From contig NMRA01000836.1 of assembly GCA_002633005.1 (NCBI GenBank), positions 62,315 to 126,314 on the forward strand: a DNA stretch of 64,000 nucleotides, in the 5' to 3' direction. Of this stretch, positions 12,601 through 24,600 are shown one piece after another. The notes under the pieces are model-generated. The model had not been told where the DNA came from, ran no database searches, and saw nothing but the letters and a program-made list of their open reading frames with translations. The DNA comes from Phoronis australis. Its lineage: Eukaryota; Animalia; Phoronida. The position numbers and the translations under genes were made by a program. Numbering within the stretch: the first letter of the stretch is position 1; every line of letters starts with the position of its first letter.

Positions 12601-15600
12601 CAATATTACATCACTACATGGAGGAGACAGTGTGCCTCAGTGGTTTGAGCTCCAAACTTTCAGTTGGGAGACCTGACTTCGAATCCTAGCTTTACTGGCA
12701 AACAAATGAGCTTTGCACAAAAGTGTCTGCTCTGAGCTTGGCCATACTTAATTAGTGAGTAAATGAATGTATGTAAAAGAATGAATGAGAGCTGCTTTGG
12801 AACACTCAACTTTGAGTGTGAAATGTAAGAGAAGAGAACGAACGAAGGAAATGTTAGACACCTAACCTGGCCGTCTGCAAATTTACTGAGATGTTACACA
12901 AGGTTGTTAATCCTCGAAACGCAATTTTGCCCAAATATTGCAAATTACAGTATTGTATCTGTGGTAATTGCAAGGTCTAAATGAAGTAAAATACAAGTAA
13001 CAGTTCCAAACCTAAACAGAAAGTCATTTAGTGAAAGAACTCAGCAGTATTTGCAGATTTTTCGGTATAAGTGTAGTAAACAGGCCGTTCTTATAATTGG
13101 CTACCAGTACGTGCCGTTATTCAGTGAAAACTGATTATCGGCAGGTATTTTTAAGAGAGAAATCTTTACTCCACTTTTACCAAACTGTCAACATTTTCCA
13201 CAAAGATAACTTGCTCTCAACACCATTTAAGTGCTGAGTAAAGCTGTCGTAAGTTGGGTGTGATTCGATTTTTAAAAAGAGATCAAAAGATAACTTAATG
13301 GCCTAGTTTGTACTTGAATGCCATTGGTTGATTTAGAAACGAGAGCAGCCCTCGAGATCTTATTCTGGCGGCAGCAAAAACAGATGTCACAGTCTCCATT
13401 TTGCAGGTGATCTTTTTATGGACATATTTCTTTAATTTTGCTAATTCTTTTGCAGGAAATGTGAACAGAACAAAGGATGATTATTTTATAATCCATGTAC
13501 GTTATGCACCTACAGACCTGTATTTAGGTGCATATTGCTGTCACCTCTGTCCTGGCATACGCCCGTCTGTTGATGTATCTCCTAAACCCCTTGCTGGTTC
13601 TAAATTAGATTTGTCAGATGTGTTACTATGAAACTGACGACATGTAGACAATTTTTTAATTTATGCTACTTCGGCTGTGATCCCTTGTGGCAAATTTTGG
13701 TTTGTTTACTTTCAGTTTTCTATTAAGGAGACGGCAATGCTTTTCCATTTCTGAATTGAATGGAACATAGTTTGTACCATCGTGTGGCCTTTATTATTTG
13801 TCTGCTTTTCGCGTCTGCCTTCTTATCTGCCAAAACAACTTGAAGGATCTTTTTGAAAATTTCAATTTAGCAGAAAGTGTTCCTGATGAGAACAAGTCTG
13901 ACGTTCATTTTTGTATGAGCTTGAGAACTGCTGTGCCCCCTAGTGGTTATTTGTCCTTTTTATGGCCTATGCTGTGTCTCCTCAAGCTTTTGAAGTGTAA
14001 ATGAAATGTGGCAAGCTACCTTTTTATTATGAAGGTCACGGCAGCTTTCCATGTTGGGACGGATTTGTCATGTTCTTTGCCACCTGGTGGCCATTTTCAT
14101 TACTTTCCAGTCATCTGCCTCTACGCCAAACCGCCCAGAGTATCTTTATTAAAATTGGCAGATGCTTTTCCAATGACCAGTGCACAACAGACACGGATTT
14201 TGGGATGTGACCACCTACTCTGGTGCCCCCTGGTGTCATTCTTCTTTCATCTGCAGCTGTACCTCTTAACCCTTCTTGCATGGTCTTTTGGAAGTTGGGC
14301 AGTTGTATTTCTGTTATTAACTTAGCAACGGATCGAGCTACTGCTGCGCCTCCTAGTGGCAAGTTCTTTTTTTCACGTTTGCCTCTGTAATCCATGACTC
14401 ATTTTTATGAAATTAAGCATATTGCGAATATTTATAGCTTTCTATTCTTGAGATGACAGCACCTTCCTAGTTTGGGACGCATTCGACGTAATGTTTGCCA
14501 TCTATTGGCCCTTTTTATGATACCAATAAGGACACCATTTGTGGCGCAGTCGTGGGCTCATTTCAACACTCCACGTTGCTCTTATTTTGTACAGAACTGA
14601 GGACAACCTTACTGTTGTTGCTATTCCCTACGTTGAAATACTTGTTCCTCCATATCCTCCAAACGTTGATCTCTAATTTCATCAACTTCTGTATTGACTA
14701 GCTCACCACAAACAATTATGTTATTATCCAATGAGTATTTTGACACTAGAATAATCGTGTTCAAATTTTAAAAATCTTAAGCTCTCATATTGCTTGTTCC
14801 TCGTGAGTGCTTTCAGTGACAATCCGTGCTCTATTCAGCTCTTCTTAATTTAACAATGCCTTATTCTTAGTGAAAGTTGTCTGGGAAACACTTCAGTCAT
14901 TGGTAGTGCGGTAATGGTATAATATAATGTGCCCGAATTGCGAAAACCAATTTTCTCCACTGAATAACGGGCAGCAAAATGGTTCTCAAAATACGGGCAC
15001 GATATGTCTATTGCCAGTAGTGAAACCTCTGTCTGACATACATTGTAACTAGGGCATTGTAACTAGGGCACTGTAACTAGGGCATTGTAACTAGGGCATT
15101 GTAACTAGGGCATTGGGTAAATGGCACTAGTACTTATGAAAACTCATATTTTCAACAATGTATTTGTCACTACATCTACCCACCATGTTTATAATGTGCA
15201 TACCCATGTGGTGAATTTTTGTCCCAGCACTTGGCAGTAATGTGCGATTTGCACTGGCAATATGTTTTATCCCCTATTTTTGAGATTTGATTATCGCTGA
15301 AGGAATGTTTCTGTACTGTCAGTTACATGCAAAGTTATGATAAATTATCCCTTCTATATTAGTCAGACATTTCTTTGAAGTCTCTCAGACTAAAAGTATT
15401 TATATAAGTTTTCAATGGCAATTTTCTTTATATTGTAATTTTTAACTAATCCATGTATGCATATATTTTGTTGTCAGATATGCTGTATGCTATAAAAAAT
15501 AGATCTTACCAGGAATATTAATGACGCCAAATATTGTGTGGTGAGGTTGGCCTGGTATCCAGTGATTAGTGTAGACATACATAACAGGTGACAGAGATGG

Positions 15601-18600
15601 TTTGTTTTATGGATTGACCCACCAGCTCTGTATCTGTCTCACATGAGAGTAATAACATTGGCAAATTATTTGTTGGCTACAGTATTGCCCTCCACAGGAA
15701 TTTGGCTGCTTGCTGATGGAATCTTTCTATAGATGCTCTCAATAGTGTATTAATATTCTCAACCATACTTAGCTTAGGGCAAATTAGGAAAATTTTTCCT
15801 ACTTTGGACGGCGATTTTGGAATTTGGTAGATTTATTTCTTTCATTGGCTAAGGTCATATAGAATATAAAACTTACAATTAACATGTAAGTACGGGTAAG
15901 AATTCAAGTCATCTTACTATAATGGTATTTACTGGTTACATCACGTCACCTAATGAATGCACTAAAACCGCCAAAATTTTGCCTGATTTTGTCGTCCTAC
16001 ATGTTGCTTTCAGAATCTAAATAACTGCAATTCAGAGCAGATGATGACAACTTTAGTGATATGGGGTCTAGCATATTACAAAAATGTGAATTTATGTGGC
16101 TGTTTAGTTAAAGTGACAAGCAGTTAGCCATCCAGAACAATCAATCAGGTAACATACACTGAGGTACCAGACAAAATCAGGGATGTTTTAACGCAGCCCC
16201 TTAATTAATGTAGTCGAAAAATGCCAGAAAATCGACTACGCTGACCCATAGCAGTGGGTTTGAAGCCACATGGACCCACTGACTGAAGAGTTGTCACGTT
16301 TTTCTAAAATGATTTCTGCAGATGCTGGATATCTGCATTGCACAAAGGCACAGTTGATGATTCAGTGAGTGGGCAGTGCTCATGATTGCCAGTCCCTTGT
16401 CGTGTGACACTTCCAGCAGTTCACCAGTTGACCTATCGCAAGCTCTGCCCCCTTGCGTAATGTCGACTAACAAACAATAAGTTTTCTCCAGCAACGTGTT
16501 GTTTGTCGGGTAAAATGGCGGCTTGGAAACGAAACTGTGTCAATAATTCTGCATTCTAAATGGTCAGTTAAGCCGTCACTCAAAATCCTGGCGACAGGTC
16601 AATTGGGGTTGATGAAGTCATTCACCTGTTGTTTGTTTTCATTCTTGTGACAGACTCAACAGAAGGGGTTGTTAACACAGCAAGTCGCTCCAACACACCT
16701 TAAAAAATGGAAGGTGATTGGTCGGATGATGTCCATACAGAACGTGTTGCCACGGTTACCAGTACCACCTTTGGAGCAGACACTGCAGAAGTACCTTAAA
16801 TCCCTGGAACCCCTTCTGACCCCAGAAGAATATGAAAACACAAAACGGGTAAGTGGCGTCACCTAGTGTGTGGAGAGTGCGTTATCAGCAAGAATTGATT
16901 TGGTCCCTGGCTTCTCAGCTAAGTTTATTGACGTAGTTTACCGAATTCTCATTTTGTTGTTTAAAGTGTTGTGGCCGGTTGGAGTCTACCTAATACACAG
17001 GTTGTGTCATGTAGCTGTGAGGAAACTTGAATACGTCTCTCACTTCTAAATTCTTTCATCATTTATTTGTTCTTTTTGTGGAAACATTGTGAGGATCAAA
17101 CTGTTAAATCTGTCTTTGTGTTGTGCTTTTTAGATTTGCCAAGAGTTTGGTAAAGCTGGTGGTTTGGGGGAAGACTTACAGGCAATATTGTACGACAGGG
17201 CACACTTGAGGACAAACTGGGTAGGTGGTATTCCCAGTGCCTTGCTAGCTGTCATGAGTGATGATAGTTGATATTATTTATCTTTTCCTCTCTCCTTCCC
17301 AGATTGGTGTCCATAATCTGATCACATACCGGTAATTAATGTTTTACCCATTGTTAATTTTCTCAAAAGTACTAGTCCATGAGAGTAACAGTCATCCAGC
17401 AACCAGGTGGAGGTTAGCCAATTTTCACCAAAGTTGGCACCTAGTTGGTCTTAAGGGACCTGTAATCAATGATCCATAAAATATTTCCCAAACTTATTGC
17501 ATCTTACCTGTATTATATATTATAACCAGTTTTAGGTCCAGTTATTAAATATAGTCGATTTTAATCCTCTGTCCCTGTTATTAGATGTATTCAGTGTTAT
17601 TCTCCGCCCCTGTTATTAAATGTAGACATTGTTATGCTCTTCCCTTGTTATTAAATGTAGTCAATGTTATTCCTCTCCCTGTTATTTCAGCTGTCAGAGT
17701 GGTGGCAACAAAAGGCGTACTTAGAGGTGCGTGACCCCGTGGTGATCCACTGCAGTCCCGGCATTGTCATGCCTGTACAGGAGTTCATAGGTCAGGATGA
17801 CCAAGTCAAGTAAGACACTAAGGCTTGTGTGATGTAACCAGGCTCTGCTGTTTGTCTAGTCTCATGTCTGAACTTGTCTGTAAAGCGTTATGTACTTCAT
17901 CACCTGCGTAACGCTCAAAAAACAAAATTGTGCTGCGAAATGTCATTGGAATAATAGTTTCTCAATCATGCCTTATTTTCGCAACTCATTGTTACCTACT
18001 TGGCTCGTAATAGATCATGCTGTCTTATGTTGGAAATTAGGGTGCATGTGTCAAAAGTGATAATACAGCCCTGTCTTGTTGTCATTCTCAGGTTTGCTGC
18101 CAAACTTATAACAGCTGTCTTGGACTATAAGAATATGGTGGACGAGTAAGTATTGTGTTTCAGCATCCCGTGAAATGTTGTTAAGTTAATTATTTTAATT
18201 TTCACGACGGTGTTGACAGGAGTATGAACAGGGCTCTGCTTCATGGAACTATCTTAGTCTCAGCTTAGACTGAATTAACAATGCTGTCGTTCCATCACAT
18301 GTCACGCTGCGCTTGTTGAAAATTCTGTTAACAGCGTACCAACAGTCAAATTTTAGACTTAAACTTTCGTGAAACGGAGCCCAGCTGTTTTCCTTCAGTG
18401 ATGATACTGCGTATAATCAACTTATAGGAGCTGAATTGGTTATTGGCAACTAAATGCTTATAGTAGAAGCTGATGAGCTTATTGTCATCTGAAAGCATAT
18501 GGTATATAAATTCAAGTGTCAAAAGCCATTCCCTACTCAAAGTACATTTATTTATTTCCGTGTACCAGACAGTTGTTGGCTACATTTAACGTCTTGACAT

Positions 18601-21600
18601 GTTTACTTTATTCTTGCCAGACAAACTCTACCTGTAGATACTCTGGGCAACAAGCCACTATGCATGGACCAGTATTTCAAGATATTCTCAGCCTGTCGCA
18701 TTCCTGGCATCAAACACGATAGTTTCGTGTGCTACCCACCTGATGAACAGAACCCTCCGCGACACATAGTCGTCATTCATAAGGGTCACGTAAGTGAGGA
18801 TTTAACTATAGTACTAACAGATGAACATAAAGATATAACATTCTGTGTGGGCATTAGACATTGCCATAGTTGTAGTTTGTGAAAACTTGTTTAACAGGTG
18901 TTTTTCTGATCATTTGAGCCATGAAACTTCATCGACTGTTCTCGTTTGTGTGACCTTGACCTTAACTGTACTTAGTAACTGGTTATCATGCTGTTAATAT
19001 CAGCTGTTAATATCAGCTGTCGTTATTCATGTGACTTTGCCTCTTTCAGTTCTTCTCAATGCACGTCTATGGACGTAACGGTAAACTACTGAATGAGGCT
19101 CAGATACGAGATCAGTTGGACACGATCATGGATCAATCACGACACCCAGTAACCTCTAGGCTCGGTCTGATGACATCTGAAAACAGGAACACTTGGGGCC
19201 AAGTGTACAAGAAACTGAGCAAAGGTACAATCATGTTACCCCCAATACTGTTAATGTGGTTTTTGTTTGACTTGAACTTTGAGATTTAAAGTGCTGTGTA
19301 CGGTGTGTCTTTAAAGTTGAAGCTGATGTCATTTTTGTTGAAATATTTGTTGTCTGTTGCTGCCAACTTTTATTTACGGCTTTTGCCACCTTTAGCCAAC
19401 TATGGAATGCAATAGAATGCACTCTTATGTTATGTTCTTCCTTAGACAAAGTCAATCGCCTCTCTCTTGAGAGGATAGCACGGAGCATATTCGTTGTGTG
19501 CCTGGATGAACCCAGTGGCCCAAGTGTTGACCCTGAGGAGAGACTGACCCGTGATGCTCACCAGATGTTACACGGGGGTGGGAGCAAGGCAAACAGTGGC
19601 AATAGGTGGTTTGATAAAACACTGCAGGTAAGGGGGGAGGTGCTTAGTGGGATACATGTTCATGTGATGAGCACGCTCTTTAAGTCGGATTCTTCATCAT
19701 GAGTTGTATCCGCATAGTCTAATTTTTACTCTTTTGTTCAGATTTTATGGTTTCCTTTGGTTTTCATGTCCCAAAACGAAAAGTGGAAAATACAGCCTAG
19801 ATGCTTTCAAGCCTTCTCTATTTAGATATGATTTGATAAGAAACAGTAATTACTCTGACTCGCAACTGACCTAGTGAATAGAGTCACTCCTTCGATTATC
19901 GTCCCACTAGTGAAAATGGAATGTGGAGTAAACCTGGTTGGACTCGGTAGAAGATACTGGAGAAATTCAAAAGATCTTGGTTAATGGGGATGTTTACAGC
20001 ATGGTGGGGGAGGGAAGGAGAGGTGATTAGTTATTGAGATATGTGGGAAATGATTAGTTGGTGGGTACGTGTTGGGGCATGGGAGGTTTATATTTGGTGG
20101 GGTGCATTGTGGGTAGAGGGGACAGGAGATGCTAAGTGAGTCATTTATATAGTTTTGCTAAATGTTTTTCAACTATCTTGAAAATAGACAAGAATTTGGA
20201 TATCAAAATTTCCAATTATCACCTAGTTAATTTTCTTTCGTTTGCCCTCAACGTATTTTGCATAACTTTATTTGATCTTGACTCTTCTTAATTGACAACT
20301 GAACCCGTCAGATCTCAGTTGATGTTTGCCTTTAGTTCATTGTAGGAAGTGATGGTTCAGTTGGCCTGAGTTATGAACACGCCTCCGCAGAGGGTCCTCC
20401 TATAGCGGCCATATTGGATCACATTCACAGTTACGTGTAAGTACTTGCTATTGGTGTGTAGGGTATCACTAGAATGGTACGGGTCACTTTTCAATCTGCC
20501 CTACCTCCCCCTCCAGGGCCAGTGTGGTGGAGAATTTCAATGTTTTTGAGGGTTGAGCATTTTTGTATGAATTTCAATGAAACTTGACAGGTAGGTATGT
20601 GATAACAGTGCGCAGGCACCGGGTGGATTCGACTACTGCAGGGCACTCTATTAGCCATTTTTTATCGACAAAGGAGGTTTTAGCCATGATGCTTATTAGG
20701 TGAACAGCTTTTCAGAATATATCGAGGAAACTAATTTACACATTTCAGTGAATCTTATCTTGACACAGAGGTATGCACCAGCACCAGTATATTCTTGGGC
20801 AGAGTTGACCCATTCAGCACCCTCTAGTGGCCATTTTAGTCTCTAATAGGTGCATTTTCGGTACTTTACAAGGAAGAACGTGTTCAGAAGATAGCTTGAG
20901 AACCAGTTGACGGGGTAACTAAACTTAACAAATAGGTGACTGCATGACAATGGTAGGAGTTAGTTTTGAGGCAGTTGTTCCTACAGCTCACCCTAGTGGC
21001 CATTTTGTCCTGGTCAGATGTTGGTGAAATTTGGCTCTAGGTTGAAGCCATCATTAGGGAGCTGATTGATTTTGGTGTGGAAAAGAGGCTTTTTAGTATT
21101 TGTTGGGAGAAGGGCATTTCCAGGTGATGTCTAGAAAAGTGATTGACGGATTTCAACGAGACTTTGACATGTACATTTAAGATAGCAGTGCACTGGCAGT
21201 GATCAATTTTCCTGTAGATTTGATTACTGCATCACCCTCTAGTGGCCGTTTTATTTTCCAGGTGATGACAGCTGCCTTTTTGAGCGGTGCTGTGCACATT
21301 TGTATCTTCTTATTATCATGGTTGTTCTTTATGAAAAGAAATAGACTAGTTTGTGGTTTATTTATTTGTTGCAATTGTTGGGAGTTGTTTATTTTTTATG
21401 TTATTGGTTTGATGTTAGTTTTTTAAAACATTTTAAAGGAGATGAAGAGCGAACCTTTTTTTCATTTCTGACTATTAGAGCTACTTCTTGGAGCCCAGTT
21501 CTTGTCTCCTTATGCCTTATGAAAGTGATATGCTCTCCCAGAAACGCATTGCTTGTTGTGCACTGTGGGTGCATATCAAGGTTTTGCCTTGCTCTTGTTT

Positions 21601-24600
21601 TTGGTTGTGATGTATGTAGTGAGGCCTTTTGGAAACTGTGGCAGTAAAACTTGGTAGAATGTGTTAAACTTGTTTGATGATTTTTAATGATTGGATGAAT
21701 ACAAAGTAAAGTGAAAATATTGGCCATGTTTTGACTGTACTGACTAGTCAATGTAATCTCATGTTCAATAGATCAAGTTTGAGTCTAATACTGGAATAAA
21801 AACTTTTACAAAAATTAGCGACGTTGCGTCCGCATCTCTCGGACTTCAGCTTGGCTTGTGATGTTATCGTTATTCTGGCCAGTTGGTGGCGTTTTGGCCA
21901 TACGACACGGCATTGACGTCAGAACACCACCCCGTACTTGTGACAAATCGAATCTGGCCAAAACGCCACCAATTGTCCAGAGTAACGATAACGTCACAAG
22001 CCAAGCTGAAGTCTGTGAGATGCAGACGCAACGTCGCTAATTTTTGTACCTTTTTATTTCAGTATTAGACTCAAACTTGATCTGTTTTCTCAACTGGATG
22101 TCTCAAAATTTTCATGCTTTTTTTTCTCATGTTCAATACTTCTTCAGGGATCGTTTTTGAAAAGCATATTTTGTCAATTGACCCATAGGGCCTCAAGTGT
22201 TTGGTCCAATTTGGAGTTCTACCTGTGTTCCAAGTTCAGTTTGCCATGTCCTTTTTTATTCCATTTTCGACGGGAGGCATTTGTGTTATTCCCTGTATTT
22301 CTTGGTAGGTTACGTATTTGGTCTGCTGTTCACTTTCAGTACTTCCATTGTGCGGAGTTCAGCAATCTCTGTGTGACAATGAAATCTTTTATGTGTCAAT
22401 GATTGTGAACGTGTCTCTAGAGTTTACCTGGCTCGCTTATTGTGTACTTTCAAATGTCATTTCAAGTTTGAATATGACCTGTATGTTTGTGTTTACTAAT
22501 GAAGCTCTCTCTCCTGTTGTTGAGTTAAGGAGGGCTCTCATTGAAAGCAGTGTGAACTGATGGGGCTACCCTCATTGTAAATATTTCATTAATAAATAAT
22601 AAATAAATAAATAAGCTTTTGCCCCTTTATTATCACAAGTGATCTATTAACTGAATAATCTTAACTGTCGAGTTATTATGGTTAATAACCACTGGATGTA
22701 GTGAGGTATTGTTGCTTGAACAGTCATCAGTTATGTTAGTTATATTCAATGTTTGTAGGCACTCATAATCAAAACATGAACACAGTCATCATTTATGTTT
22801 GCTATGTTCAATATTTTTAGGCGCTCAAGCAAAACGTATCTGCCAGCACCAGAACCGTCAGCACCAGAGAGGCTCAAATTCAACATGGCCGCTGAGATCC
22901 ATGGAGCTATAGCGGAAGCTGGGAGTAGATTAGATGTGTAGGTTTTCTAGTAAATTTCATGCATTTTATGCACAAAAATGGTGCTGTACATGTTGTAATC
23001 AACAAAAATATTTCTTTGGTTATATCAGAGTTTCTAAGGAAACGACCTTCCATAATTATGTGCTTCTTGCGTGAAGATACACGTCAAAATGTTGAGATAC
23101 TGATAATAGAACTGAGTGGCTGCCGTTGTAGGTTGATTCTACCTGGTCTGTGTAAATCGTGTTTACCTTATGTGCCAATTTTGTGTTACGAAGACATCAA
23201 AAAATGTCAATGTCATTCACTAACACTCCATTGTGTTATGTAGTCACAGTGTCAATGTCTCGTGGTATACTTGCAGACTTATCAGCGACTTGGACCTCAC
23301 AGCAATGCACTTCAAAGAATTTGGTAAAAAATTCATCAAAAGCCAAAAGTTGAGTCCTGATGCATTTTTTCAAATGGCCATTCAGTTAGCTTACTTCAGG
23401 TAAGTGAGAGACATCTGTTGGAGAGTTGGTGACTCTTATTCATGACTCTATAGTACTTGCACCATCTCATTTGTTCTAAATTCAGGACTGCACTGAATCA
23501 TTAAGGATATTGAATAACCTGTCTTAAACAGTCTTCATTATTTTCTTTCAAAATGTGTCAGACTAGTGTTTGTACTTGTTGGACTTTAGTGCCACCTGAT
23601 GGAGAGATGAAAGAATGTTCTGATGCCACCTGGTGGACAGATGAGGTAATGCTCTGATGATAAGGTGTAGACGAAGGCGAGTTAGAGCATTGATTGCGTG
23701 TGGTGACCATTAAGTTCTCATTTGTGTACACTTTGTAAACCTCAAAAAAATTGCCATTTTACGCATCGTGTCGCTATAAATTACGTTTTACTGGACAGTC
23801 AACAAAACCAGTAACATTAGATTCCAGTCACTTGTTTGTCCAACTTAATGCAATTTAAATTTGTACACTCACCTCAATTTAAATGTGTTCACTCACCTTA
23901 ATTTCAGAACTCACAACGAGCCATGTGCGACATATGAGAGTGGATCATTACGGCGGTTCCAGTTAGGACGAACAGACACAATACGTTCTTGTAGTTTAGA
24001 CTCGCTCAATTTCACCCTGGCCATGCAAGAATCTGCAACCTCTGCTCAGGAGAAGGCCAGTCTACTACGCAAGGCCATAGACAGCCACAGGAAATACACA
24101 GGAGAGGTAGGACAGTTCTCATTACAATTGAAGTGTGCAGACTCTCCTTAAATGACTGGTGAGTCTGTTCTGTGTTGGTGACAAGTTGAGTGGCTGAATG
24201 CATCCCTGTGACATAGGTAGCAGTTCTCACTCACAGGTCAAAGGTCGTAACTGGGTCATACAGACTCCATTATTATTGTAGATTATAGTAATCTTTTCAA
24301 TGATTCTTTTTGAATTATTGTTAGAGTGGCTTAGGTCATATGTCTCTATTTTTTGATTTGTGAATGCAGCCAAGTGTCAATTTGATTCCTCTGGTCAAAT
24401 TGTATTAATGATTGAATGACGTTTATGTTCCTCACGTGTATATAATGACTGGAGAATTACATTCTTTCTAATTGACTTTCTAAGAGGTCGGTGTAAATAG
24501 ACCAAGAGATTTTAACAATAGTTGGATAATTCGTAATGTATTCCTGTTTACGTGATCATTACCTAGCTCATTTTTGTCTTCATGTTGATAGTGGCTGGGT

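Noticed and set aside
12623-12700. tRNA gene
   Set aside because: Degenerate A and B boxes without a closed cloverleaf; better explained as a SINE head
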